Source of the DNA: a virus
Length of the DNA: 64,000 bases
Reading direction: 5' to 3' (one strand)
Virus record (IMG/VR): IMGVR_UViG_3300009104_000006
Span: 1 to 64,000 of that record
The position numbers were made by a program, and so were the translations under genes. Shown one piece after another: positions 26,841-35,961 of this stretch. The stretch's first letter is position 1. Every line of letters begins with the position of its first letter. The notes under the pieces were generated by a model. The model was not told the DNA's origin and did not search any database. It saw nothing but the letters and a program-made list of their open reading frames with translations.

Positions 26841-27493
26841 AACACTACAATTACTTTCACGGAAACTATGGCAAGCCCACTTACATCACCGAAGTGCCTC
26901 GTGTTCGTATTGGCGGAACGCGAGAGGAAATCGCTGAGTTCATAGGACTTATGGCACAAAGACAGACCGCCTTCGGGAATGAGGAATCACACATACACAA
27001 AGTGAATAACGCACTCAATGGGAAGAAATCGCCGGGCCATCCCGCGATTCCTACGCATCCTGATGGACTCCATATATGTCTTCGTTTGGAACAAAAAGGC
27101 AACGTATACGTTAGCCGCACCTATATGTGGGGCTTTAATTACAAAACGGAAAGAAGAGTTAGCACCTTTGAGAGGAATAATAGGAGGCTTCCTTCGACGA
27201 ATAATGTCCTCATTCTTTCGCTTGTGCTAAAGCGATGGCCTCCCGCAGCAGAACAACGCACCCCATCAGACTACCTCGAAAGAATAGAACGCGAACTTGA
27301 AACGGGAGAATCGCATATTAACAGAACGTTTGAACCTATCAATTCGACGCTTGTCGAACCCTCGACAATAGAAGAGGATGATATGCCTGTCTTAGATGAG
27401 AAGAATATGAAACCTTGGTATGCGTATCATACTCCCATGTATAAGCCCAAGACTGAGGATGAAGAAGTATTTGAGGATGAAAATCATGGCTAA
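26837..27493 (+). CDS. Hypothetical protein
   Basis: 218-aa ORF, ATGA-coupled. Confidence 0.65.
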   Translation: MKHYNYFHGNYGKPTYITEVPRVRIGGTREEIAEFIGLMAQRQTAFGNEESHIHKVNNALNGKKSPGHPAIPTHPDGLHICLRLEQKGNVYVSRTYMWGFNYKTERRVSTFERNNRRLPSTNNVLILSLVLKRWPPAAEQRTPSDYLERIERELETGESHINRTFEPINSTLVEPSTIEEDDMPVLDEKNMKPWYAYHTPMYKPKTEDEEVFEDENHG

Positions 27494-27812
27494 GACACCG
27501 ACTCGTATTCACATATACATGGGAGCCTTTTACCCTCTATGGGAAGACGGTAGCCTATGTAAAAATGCAAAGAAAGAAGCAGGTTGGAGCGACGCTTACA
27601 TGAGCGAATCCAAAGGTCTGTATCAGAAATTACCGAGATGTGAGGACTGCACATCTGAACTTGAGCGAAGGAATAAACTGCGAGAACAATGGTATGTTAA
27701 TGAGAACGTGGATAGAGCGAAACCAAAGAAACTCGGCATCTATGCAAAACGCACACCCACGCGTGATGATAGTCCTCTCTATTTGAGAGAGTATCTTAAT
27801 CTTGGTATTTAA
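27486..27812 (+). CDS. Hypothetical protein whose stop codon lies inside motif copy 6
   Basis: ATG 27486; ends LGI* encoded by CTTGGTATTTAA. Confidence 0.6.
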   Translation: MAKTPTRIHIYMGAFYPLWEDGSLCKNAKKEAGWSDAYMSESKGLYQKLPRCEDCTSELERRNKLREQWYVNENVDRAKPKKLGIYAKRTPTRDDSPLYLREYLNLGI

Positions 27813-27824
27813 ACGAAGATAGTA
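27802..27824 (+). promoter_or_regulatory. Conserved 23-bp motif, copy 6
   Basis: Exact copy followed by ATGGGAGAATGAGAAACATG. Confidence 0.8.
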
Positions 27825-27832
27825 ATGGGAGA

Positions 27833-28126
27833 ATGAGAAACATGGCAAGAAAATACGATGAAGAAATAGCAAAACTAACAGACGAACGACAAGCACTTGC
27901 GGGTAAATTAAGCGACCTCATGAAGCAAAGAGACATACAGAAGTATTTGGAGGTCTGCCGCGACGAGGGCCACGTATGGACTCTAACGACAGTAAACTCA
28001 GATATGTGGGAGATTGGGAATGTCCACCTCCTTTGCACCCGATGTAGTGCTGAGTGCATAACAGAAGGCGGAACATTAGGTTGGCAGAAGTCTGATGTTG
28101 AGGACTTGATGGAAATGTTGGAGTGA
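27833..28126 (+). CDS. Hypothetical coiled-coil/Zn-binding protein
   Basis: C...GH.W...CTRC pattern. Confidence 0.6.
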   Translation: MRNMARKYDEEIAKLTDERQALAGKLSDLMKQRDIQKYLEVCRDEGHVWTLTTVNSDMWEIGNVHLLCTRCSAECITEGGTLGWQKSDVEDLMEMLE

Positions 28127-28297
28127 ATATAATGCGTTATCCCGAAAGAAGCACTTGGCATCCCGAAGATGATTTGCCCGGTTGGGTGTTTGAAACTTCA
28201 GAATGCGACAAGTGTGAAGGTATAATTGATTCATACGAAGGGCATGACTATGCAGAATACGATATGCAGATGTGTTGTTGTGAGGAGGAAGAGTAAT

Positions 28298-28546
28298 ATG
28301 AAGAAGAAAATCACGGCCTTCCTCGATTTCAATGATGACGGAGAACTAACAGTCGAAGATATACAGGCGTTAGCGCCGAGAATCATACGACACGAAGGAA
28401 TGTTCGTAGCAGGTATAGTCATAGCAATAGGAAGCCTATCGAATGTATTAGGCTATTCAGACATTGATAGCGATTTGTTTTGGTGCTTTGCTGGTGTGGC
28501 GGCGATACTCGAATACATAGACGACATACGGAAGCGGAGGCGGTGA
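28298..28546 (+). CDS. Small membrane protein with EF-hand-like loop
   Basis: DFNDDGELTVED loop followed by two hydrophobic segments. Confidence 0.6.
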   Translation: MKKKITAFLDFNDDGELTVEDIQALAPRIIRHEGMFVAGIVIAIGSLSNVLGYSDIDSDLFWCFAGVAAILEYIDDIRKRRR

Positions 28547-28550
28547 GTGT

Positions 28551-29249
28551 ATGAACAAGGAATCAGTGTGTAAAATCTGCGACGAAGCCTTCACTTACGA
28601 AGTGAAACGTGGACGCACGCCGAGTATGTGCGCCAAAGAATCATGCTTGAAGAAATACAGGAAGCAAATGAGGAAACCTAAACCTCGCGTAGTGCGAAAG
28701 CGCATTTGTGAGAACGAAGACTGCGATACTGAAATTACACAGAAAGGAAAAGGGCGCACAATCAAGCGGTGTGAAGAATGCCGGACCAAACTCAAGAAGA
28801 AGCAAAATGCTGAATATCGAGCCAAGACATTCAGACCGATTATTCGTGAACAAGGCATTTGCATTGACTGCGAAACTCCTTTGGGAACTAAGAAAGGACG
28901 AGGTAAACTCGCTACAAGATGCCCTGTGTGTCAATTGAAGCAACGCAACGAAATCGCAAGAGTCTCGGCATTGAAGAACTACGACCCCGTTATACGGGTC
29001 TATACTTGTGAGAAATGTAAGCAAGAGAAAGAGCAGAAAGGACGAGGCAAACTGCGCAAAACCTGCCCCGATTGCATGAACAACAAGAAGGTAAAGAGGG
29101 ATGCGAAGAGTGAATTAGAGTCTTTACTTGAGATGAAGCAAGCAAAACAGATTGAGAAAGTCGAAGCCATGATACAGGAGGCGGAAGACGAATATGACGA
29201 CGTTGGACACGCTATGTGGAGCGGAATACTCAAATCTATGGATGATTGA
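28551..29249 (+). CDS. Basic multi-Zn-finger protein (4 repeats)
   Basis: Four C-x2/4-C...(K/R)GR...CxxC-like modules. Confidence 0.7.
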   Translation: MNKESVCKICDEAFTYEVKRGRTPSMCAKESCLKKYRKQMRKPKPRVVRKRICENEDCDTEITQKGKGRTIKRCEECRTKLKKKQNAEYRAKTFRPIIREQGICIDCETPLGTKKGRGKLATRCPVCQLKQRNEIARVSALKNYDPVIRVYTCEKCKQEKEQKGRGKLRKTCPDCMNNKKVKRDAKSELESLLEMKQAKQIEKVEAMIQEAEDEYDDVGHAMWSGILKSMDD

Positions 29250-29258
29250 TTAAATAGG

Positions 29259-30041
29259 GTGGTAAATATGTCGTATGTAAGAACGTGTCGAAAATGCGAG
29301 AAACCATTTCGTGCGATGTCATTCACGTCTAAACGCTGGACGTGTGATGAGTGCAGTCCGAGAGTAAAGAACCTACACAGACAAATAAAGAAAAGAAGTG
29401 ATGATATGAGCAAAGACGCATACAAGAGATTGAGAGAAATAGAAGACAAATTAGGAGCGCTTGAACTCACTGTTGAAATCCAACAGGGAGAACAAAACAC
29501 GATAGTGAGAGACATAGAAACACGCGCTCTTGATTTGCTTACGGAAGCAGTCGAGAAAAAGGTGGAGCAGATATTTGATGAGAAAATCGCTCTCGTGGAT
29601 AGCATGGAAAAGAAGTTTTCAGAAAAACTCGCTATCGTAAACTCTCGAATCACTAAGGCATTCGAGAATGCGAACATACCTACGCCGAGTCCAAATCTAA
29701 TAGACGAAACACCGGCAAAAACTCTAACGCCGATGCAGAAAAGGAGATTCAAAACTCTCACGAAGTTCTTAGAGATGAGGGGAACCCCGACGACTAAGGC
29801 ACAAATCCTCGAATGGGCATGGCAGGACGTGCCAAGAGGTTCTGCTGGCAAATTGTTATTGTTGGGTGAAGAACTCAAAATCATCAAAAGAATAGGCAAC
29901 AAATTAAGAGCGAAGAACTCTAACGCCAAAGGAAGAAGAGAGCACCAATACGTATTAGTCAGCGAGGAAAAGTCGGAAGTTAAGGACAAGTATCTCTATA
30001 ATGAGGACGAGGCTCCGATTAACCCAACGGTGTATGAATGA
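29259..30041 (+). CDS. Zn finger + coiled coil + possible winged-helix DNA-binding protein
   Basis: CRKC..CDEC, long heptad region, basic C-terminal domain. Confidence 0.6.
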   Translation: MVNMSYVRTCRKCEKPFRAMSFTSKRWTCDECSPRVKNLHRQIKKRSDDMSKDAYKRLREIEDKLGALELTVEIQQGEQNTIVRDIETRALDLLTEAVEKKVEQIFDEKIALVDSMEKKFSEKLAIVNSRITKAFENANIPTPSPNLIDETPAKTLTPMQKRRFKTLTKFLEMRGTPTTKAQILEWAWQDVPRGSAGKLLLLGEELKIIKRIGNKLRAKNSNAKGRREHQYVLVSEEKSEVKDKYLYNEDEAPINPTVYE

Positions 30042-30715
30042 TGGACCCTTTAGCGAAGGCATGGGAACATCTTCAAGCAAGCGACCCTCGATACTTAGGC
30101 GGCTCCACAGGAGCAGTGCAAATGACCCTCCCTTCGGGGGAGAAAGTGGTTGTGAAGCGCGGCGCTCACGCTAAACACATCGATAACGAGTTTGATTTCA
30201 ATAGGTATCTCCACGAATTGGGGGTGGGCGTGCCTAAAGCATCGCTGCAAAGAGATGAGAGTGGAATGCCGCTAATGCTCACCGAGTTCGAGAGTGGGGC
30301 AAGACCGCCCTCGCTCTCTAACAGGAAGGATATTGGGGTATTACAGGAAGGTTTTGTTCCTCAAGCCCTCATAGCGAATTGGGATGTATTAGGGGCGAAT
30401 ATGGATAATGTGTTAATGCGACCCGACGGCACTCCTACCTATGTGGACGTGGGCGGTTCTGGCCCATATAGAGCGCAAGGAGGCGAAAAGGGGCAAGCAT
30501 GGGGAGATGCAGTAGGTGAGTTAGAGACTATGCGTTGGAAGCCACCATTTACAGAAGACGTGTTTGGAAGTATGGGTGATAAAGAACTTGGACAGTCTTA
30601 CGATGCTTACGGTGGCTCAGATGCTATGGAACAAGCCCTCTCGGTTTTGAGAGATAAACAGACAAGAGATGTGATGGGCCGTCGAATTGACTCGCTCCGT
30701 CGTCGCTTAGATTGA
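30038..30715 (+). CDS. Leader-bearing HipA/PI3-PI4K-like kinase
   Basis: MDPLAKAWEHLQA leader; GGSTGA Gly loop, VVVK, NEF, LIANWD...DNVL, YVDVG. Confidence 0.75.
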   Translation: MMDPLAKAWEHLQASDPRYLGGSTGAVQMTLPSGEKVVVKRGAHAKHIDNEFDFNRYLHELGVGVPKASLQRDESGMPLMLTEFESGARPPSLSNRKDIGVLQEGFVPQALIANWDVLGANMDNVLMRPDGTPTYVDVGGSGPYRAQGGEKGQAWGDAVGELETMRWKPPFTEDVFGSMGDKELGQSYDAYGGSDAMEQALSVLRDKQTRDVMGRRIDSLRRRLD

Positions 30716-30739
30716 TTGGCTTCGCCGCCGCTCAGATGT

Positions 30740-30762
30740 TTGGTATTTAAACGAAGATAGTA
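30740..30762 (+). promoter_or_regulatory. Conserved 23-bp motif, copy 7
   Basis: Exact copy. Confidence 0.8.
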
Positions 30763-30787
30763 TAGAGGGTATAGGAGATAGAGAAGA

Positions 30788-31102
30788 ATGTGGATAGGAT
30801 TGAATGACGGTTGGTTGAGTATAGTGAAGAACTACAATGATGATGAAACACTGTTAGTGAGAGCAAGAAAATTAACTCACCTTACTAACGTATTTCCAAA
30901 ATGCGACTACTTCAAGGACTCCTTAGCAGATTACCCATATAGGGCATTCATACCGAGAGAAGAAGTCGGAGAAGCAGTGAAGAATAGATTGAAAGAAACA
31001 GGTTATACCAATTTCAAAGGCTCAGTCAAAGATAAGCAATTGAAAGCACTATACAACGAAATGTGGAGTCTCGTAGCATATACCTTCGTTAATGATAGGT
31101 GA
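30788..31102 (+). CDS. Conserved viral hypothetical protein
   Basis: MWI..DGWLSIV...LLVRAR...DYPYRA...YTNFK pattern. Confidence 0.65.
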   Translation: MWIGLNDGWLSIVKNYNDDETLLVRARKLTHLTNVFPKCDYFKDSLADYPYRAFIPREEVGEAVKNRLKETGYTNFKGSVKDKQLKALYNEMWSLVAYTFVNDR

Positions 31103-31106
31103 TTGA

Positions 31107-31427
31107 ATGAAATTCCATAAGTCTAAGTTCATGGAGGCCTCAATTTACTCGTTAGGTATGGAATTGGGATTGAAGCCTTCTCAAGTCAATGCGGCGTATA
31201 CATTGTATCATCAAGTGCGAAAGAACTCACACTATTCCAATAGAAGAACAGACAAATGTTTGTTGATTGATTGCATATTTCTAATGACGCGCAACCAGCC
31301 CGATTTGAAAATAAGCATCAAAGATGTTGAGAAAGCAACCATGAGGATATTCGGAGAAAAAACAAAGCCAAACCCCAATAAGTGGGTGTCTTCCGTTCCA
31401 CATTTGATAGAAGATGCGCTTCAGTGA
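31107..31427 (+). CDS. Single cyclin-fold repeat, TFB/TFIIB core-like protein
   Basis: LGLKPSQVNAAYTLY...NRRTDKCLLIDCIFLMTR...ISIKDV parallels the TFIIB repeat pattern LxLP..V...A..IY...GRS...AACLY.ACR...L.EI. Confidence 0.5.
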   Translation: MKFHKSKFMEASIYSLGMELGLKPSQVNAAYTLYHQVRKNSHYSNRRTDKCLLIDCIFLMTRNQPDLKISIKDVEKATMRIFGEKTKPNPNKWVSSVPHLIEDALQ

Positions 31428-32673
31428 GTTAGCAATTGTATGCGAACGCATACGCTTAGGCGATTCTGAATTAACACTGACGCTGGACGAGGCCGAAGCA
31501 AGACAAGCATACGCCCTCTTGTTTCCTAATGAAACCTTGACCGAAAGACAATTAGTTTTTAAAGTGGCTAACGAATTAGGCGTTCCATACGAAGTCCTCA
31601 TGTCCTTAGAGGCGAGCAGTATATCGGTTTTACTTGCGTCTGAAAGCAGTGCCTCTAATTCAAGCGAGTGGTCGTTAGAGGAAGCGCTCCGCGTTAGGAA
31701 TGCAACCACCACACTCTTATTTTCATTCCTTTCCTTAAGCAAACAGATGGACGAAATAGATGCGCGCTTATTTTGGGATAGTGTTTTAGGCAAGCGAATG
31801 CCCATCTCTTCCTTGCGTTTTCTCAAGTCTCTCAACCCCGAAGTGCCGCACGAAACGATAACTAATAGCCGGTCTTTCCTTACAGATTCTGAAATAATTG
31901 CCTCTCTATATGGGAATACAGATGCCCTTCTTGACCCCAAACGGTGGTATGAGAAGCCGACTGCTGGATTACGTAAGCGCAAATGGAAGGCTTGGAATGA
32001 ATATACAACGGTTGCCTTAGATACATTTCAAGCGATACCGAGCGGCACAGTTACGGTCGAATATGACGAAGATGAAAATATAATCATAGAAAAAGTAGGA
32101 AAGACAATTACCGATATAGCATATCCCGAACACCCAACCCTTTCTCTCAAAGAGCGACTCGACAAATATGCAGACTCACACGAAGAGGCAAACATAGCGT
32201 GGCCCGAAATGATACCGTCGTGGGATAGTATAGTCAAGCGAGAAGGCACGATAAGGTTCCCAAATACGGGAGCATTCTCTCCAACGGAATACGGAGGCTA
32301 TATTCTCGTAAAGCAATCGCATATCAGCAAACTACGCATCGCATCATACAAGTCTGGAGATGCGCTATACGTGAAATTACACGCACTTGATGGAGACGAA
32401 TACATTGATGTTGGACTTCTCACGGTTCAAATACCCTCAGAACGAGCGGCAGTGATATTCAACATAGAAAGAATGATTGGTTCTAATACAGAAGAAGCCA
32501 AGTCGTGGCGAGAAATCTCCGATGACGTTTGCATTGTCTTAGGCGTCAGTTCTCCTTTTGTGGATAGGAGGACAAATACACTGAGCGAGCCATCTCTCGT
32601 TGAGGTGATGAGCGATATGGGTATATCTGACTTGACACAATATGTAGATTTGGTGGGTATAGATGCAAACTAA
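31414..32673 (+). CDS. Degenerate archaeal-type DNA ligase homolog (DNA-binding domain + OB fold, no KxDG)
   Basis: MRFSELAIVCERI, YALLFP and EIDARLFW resemble the ligase N-terminal domain; C-terminal TLSEPSLVEVMSDM resembles motif VI; no motif I recognised. Confidence 0.5.
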   Translation: MRFSELAIVCERIRLGDSELTLTLDEAEARQAYALLFPNETLTERQLVFKVANELGVPYEVLMSLEASSISVLLASESSASNSSEWSLEEALRVRNATTTLLFSFLSLSKQMDEIDARLFWDSVLGKRMPISSLRFLKSLNPEVPHETITNSRSFLTDSEIIASLYGNTDALLDPKRWYEKPTAGLRKRKWKAWNEYTTVALDTFQAIPSGTVTVEYDEDENIIIEKVGKTITDIAYPEHPTLSLKERLDKYADSHEEANIAWPEMIPSWDSIVKREGTIRFPNTGAFSPTEYGGYILVKQSHISKLRIASYKSGDALYVKLHALDGDEYIDVGLLTVQIPSERAAVIFNIERMIGSNTEEAKSWREISDDVCIVLGVSSPFVDRRTNTLSEPSLVEVMSDMGISDLTQYVDLVGIDAN

Positions 32674-33091
32674 TGACCGACGCGAGGAATGGATGGGGTT
32701 AGGCATCATCCTAACGGAGATACGCTTTAGAACATGGGTCGAAAAGAGGGCTGACGCTCGATGGGGCTATCGTGTGAGAAGGAGAATATGCTGGCGTTCC
32801 TTATTCAAAACGGGAACGGGTAGTCAATTACAATGCGTGAAGATATTTCTCACGCCTTTTGGTATTGAACTCAAGGAGAAATACGAAGAACGCGAAGAGA
32901 TAGAAAAATGGTTTCATCTCTTGAATCGCCAATGGAGCGAAGCGATAACAGATAGGGCGGGGTTGAATATGATGGAATGGGTTACTGCAAATCCCATTCC
33001 GCGTAAATCTGCAAATGACGCGGATTTCCTTAATTGGATTGAGTCATTCGATAATGAAAAAGAGATGCTTGAAAATGCCTTTGGTATTTAA
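32663..33091 (+). CDS. Hypothetical protein, possibly a degenerate LAGLIDADG fold; stop inside motif copy 8
   Basis: MGLGIILTEIRF...WGYRVR pattern weakly LAGLIDADG-like; ends FGI*. Confidence 0.5.
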   Translation: MQTNDRREEWMGLGIILTEIRFRTWVEKRADARWGYRVRRRICWRSLFKTGTGSQLQCVKIFLTPFGIELKEKYEEREEIEKWFHLLNRQWSEAITDRAGLNMMEWVTANPIPRKSANDADFLNWIESFDNEKEMLENAFGI

Positions 33092-33103
33092 ACGAAGATA
33101 GTA
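33081..33103 (+). promoter_or_regulatory. Conserved 23-bp motif, copy 8
   Basis: Exact copy 9 nt before the clamp-loader ATG. Confidence 0.8.
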
Positions 33104-33112
33104 TAGAGAATC

Positions 33113-34072
33113 ATGGACCTCGCAGAAATAGCGATACCGAAAACTTTGACCGAATTGGTTGGGTTGGACGAACTCGTTGCAGACGTAAATGGGTGGGCTG
33201 ATGCAGATGATTGGCCTCAAGCCCTTCTCTTCTATGGGCCTTCGGGAACGGGTAAGACGAGTTCGGCCCACGTCATAGCACGAACACTACTCGATGATTG
33301 GTTCAACGATATGAACTTCATTGAGAGCAACGCCAGCGACGATAGGGGCATAGACTTCATTCGCAACGAACTCAAGTCTGCGATGCGTAGCAAACCTCTC
33401 GGAACGCCGAGAAAAATCATCCTACTCGATGAGGCAGACGGCCTCACACCAAGCGCGCAAGACGCTATGAGACAATTGATAGAGAAGTATAGTCATAATG
33501 CGATGGTCATAATGACGTGCAACGAATTAGAGAAGATACGCCCAGCCATACGCTCACGATGCAAAGCGTATGCGTTTACGCCTGTGCCAGCAGGACCGGG
33601 GGCGATGCGTCTAATCTCGGTGCTACATAATGCTGATGAGAACTTTGTGGGTTCGTCGGTTTTAGCCGATAAACTTCAAAATCTGATTGAACTCATGAAC
33701 GGTGATATGCGTGCATCTATTATGTTCCTCGATTCAATTGATATAGAGCAATTAGGAGAGAGACTATCACGCTTAGAGGAAACAATGGGTGAGGATGCGA
33801 TTGCCCACGCCATAGGAGACGAGTGGTGGAAAGTGCGCAATAACTTCCATGAGATGCTCAAGAACGGGCGTTCCCTACATCAAGTGATGAGGAACTTCTA
33901 TCTGAACATATACGATTACTTTGATGAAGAGGATAACCTCGATTCTATATGGGATATAATGGCGGCATACGGCGACGTGATGACGCATAGATACACATGG
34001 CCCGGCGATGACTACTCCTACTGCGATTATGCGGTGGCGAAAATGAGAGAAAAGGTGAAGAAAAATGAATGA
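33113..34072 (+). CDS. rfcS: Replication factor C small subunit-like clamp loader
   Basis: LLFYGPSGTGKT, NASDDRGID, LDEADGLT..AQ.A.R, IRSRC. Confidence 0.92.
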   Translation: MDLAEIAIPKTLTELVGLDELVADVNGWADADDWPQALLFYGPSGTGKTSSAHVIARTLLDDWFNDMNFIESNASDDRGIDFIRNELKSAMRSKPLGTPRKIILLDEADGLTPSAQDAMRQLIEKYSHNAMVIMTCNELEKIRPAIRSRCKAYAFTPVPAGPGAMRLISVLHNADENFVGSSVLADKLQNLIELMNGDMRASIMFLDSIDIEQLGERLSRLEETMGEDAIAHAIGDEWWKVRNNFHEMLKNGRSLHQVMRNFYLNIYDYFDEEDNLDSIWDIMAAYGDVMTHRYTWPGDDYSYCDYAVAKMREKVKKNE

Positions 34073-35408
34073 AGAAAAGAAGACAGATAGCAAGAATCCG
34101 TTTAGTAAAACGGAGAAGGAACAGAAGGAGTGGCCTTCCGAGGTCATGGAACGCTTCAAAATGCAGGCCGAAAGGACTGGCGAGAGCGTCGAGAAGGTCG
34201 TAGCAGCCTACACTAAGCACATAGCCACAACATACGGTTGTGATGATTGGCAGAAAGAGGACACAGACCTTCTAATTGATTGGAGCGAGATGATGTTCAT
34301 GGAGGACCGAAAGTCCAATGTGAGCGGCGGAGGCGGAGAGACGCTTACCTTCGTTGGTGAATGGCTCGGTGTTGAAGACAAGATGAACGACAGGAACGGA
34401 TGGGCAGTTAGGAACGCTACACAAAGATGGACAGATGACGCTAACGAAGCACTATCGTCTGGCCTCGTAGGGCATTACTACGTTGAAGGAGACGTATGGT
34501 GTATCAGCACGAGCCTCAAGCAGATAGTAACTGAGGAAACTTCTGAGGAAGAGCCTACTATGGGCTTCAAGGTCGGAGATGAGTGGCTATGTCTATTGTC
34601 GAAGGCAGGACGACCATATCCATGTGTAAGGATGGGGCGATATTACCGATTCTTGGGCAACGAGAAGGGAGCATTCTTGAATCAAGGCGAGATAAAGCCT
34701 TGGCGAGTGGACTTGACCGGCACTAACGCACACTTACCAATACACGTTGGCGTGCCTGTGGAGATACAGGTAAGACTACCTACATCGAAGAACGAAGCAT
34801 TCCAAGACGTGCTTGGAACGAACTTCAATTTCTCGGAAACTATGGTATACACAAACGAGTGGTGTCCAGAAAGCGAAAGAAGCCTTCTCAACCCATTCAA
34901 ACTATGGACAGATGAGGAACTAATAGATGACCTGTATGTTCCGCTACATGAACTTGAAGAAGCCTTCGACTCACGAAAGAGGCACTTCAAAGGGCGAGAT
35001 GGAAACGACGGCACAATCGGTCCAGACATAATCGTGAAGGGAAGAGTTACGAGAATGTCCACTGAGGGCAGGGAATCCGAGTGGGATGAGACAGGAAGGA
35101 ATTTCAGTCTCTCCATAACATCACGGTCGCTCGAAGACACTTATGGAACGAAGAATAGAGGCGAGATTCCATGTTGGGTAAGCGGCGCGTGCCACGACTT
35201 AGCGCACCCCTTCCACTTCATAGACGTGGACGATGAACTATGGGGCTTTGCGGAGAAAAGCACAATTCTCATTCATGGAAGATTGAAGATGAGGGTGCAA
35301 GACGGCAATAGACTCCCACAGATTACGGTATGGGGCATCTATGCAGACAACAGAAGGTCCACGAGACGAGTGGACGGTGGAGACACTGACCTATCGCAAT
35401 TCGATTGA
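34065..35408 (+). CDS. OB-fold single-stranded DNA-binding protein (RPA-like)
   Basis: Position in the replication operon; OB-like strands IIVKGRVTRM, ILIHGRLKMR, QITVWGIY; acidic C-terminus. Confidence 0.55.
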   Translation: MNEEKKTDSKNPFSKTEKEQKEWPSEVMERFKMQAERTGESVEKVVAAYTKHIATTYGCDDWQKEDTDLLIDWSEMMFMEDRKSNVSGGGGETLTFVGEWLGVEDKMNDRNGWAVRNATQRWTDDANEALSSGLVGHYYVEGDVWCISTSLKQIVTEETSEEEPTMGFKVGDEWLCLLSKAGRPYPCVRMGRYYRFLGNEKGAFLNQGEIKPWRVDLTGTNAHLPIHVGVPVEIQVRLPTSKNEAFQDVLGTNFNFSETMVYTNEWCPESERSLLNPFKLWTDEELIDDLYVPLHELEEAFDSRKRHFKGRDGNDGTIGPDIIVKGRVTRMSTEGRESEWDETGRNFSLSITSRSLEDTYGTKNRGEIPCWVSGACHDLAHPFHFIDVDDELWGFAEKSTILIHGRLKMRVQDGNRLPQITVWGIYADNRRSTRRVDGGDTDLSQFD

Positions 35409-35422
35409 AAGGAGAGAAAAAA

Positions 35423-35692
35423 ATGACAACAAAAGACATGACTAAGGATGAATTGAAGAAAGAATTGACCAAGATTAAGACGGAGTTAAATGACACCATC
35501 ACTCGGTATAACGAACTTGCTGCGCAAGCCACCCTAATGGAGAAAGAGCATTCTCGTAGGTTGGCTTACCTACGCTCGTTTGAGCGGTTCGCTAACACGA
35601 TTGACCAAACGATGAACCAATTGAAGACAGACATAGGAGAACTGAACCGAATGTTCTCAGTGGATGAAAGCGACACGGATGGTGGTGAGTGA
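35423..35692 (+). CDS. Small coiled-coil protein
   Basis: Heptad-rich 89 aa with GGAG SD. Confidence 0.65.
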   Translation: MTTKDMTKDELKKELTKIKTELNDTITRYNELAAQATLMEKEHSRRLAYLRSFERFANTIDQTMNQLKTDIGELNRMFSVDESDTDGGE

Positions 35693-35961
35693 TGGCGGGA
35701 TTCGGAAAGACGAAGGCGGCACAGGAAGAGAAGAAGTCGGCAAGCAAGGCTGCTAACACCGACCCATTTGCGGAACTACGTGCAGAACTCGCAGACGTGA
35801 ATGCTAACAAACCGAAGACTCACATCTTCATGGCGTTGGTGGGGAAGGAGAATACGGGTAAGAGTGCCATCATATTCGACTTCTATCAGCGATACTGCGA
35901 CAAACATAAGGGGAAGGGCAGACAAACTACTCTTGACGAGTTTGAAGAGGTGAAGGCATGA
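35689..35961 (+). CDS. N-terminal part of a split RecA-superfamily (RadB/Sak4-like) ATPase with PIP-box-like tail
   Basis: FMALVGKENTGKS (Walker A); ends GRQTTLDEFEEVKA. Confidence 0.7.
   Translation: MMAGFGKTKAAQEEKKSASKAANTDPFAELRAELADVNANKPKTHIFMALVGKENTGKSAIIFDFYQRYCDKHKGKGRQTTLDEFEEVKA

Noticed and set aside
29000-29989. 329-aa antisense ORF and other long antisense ORFs (e.g. 31281-31982, 57476-58090)
   Set aside because: Shadows of well-supported genes on the opposite strand; no motifs of their own
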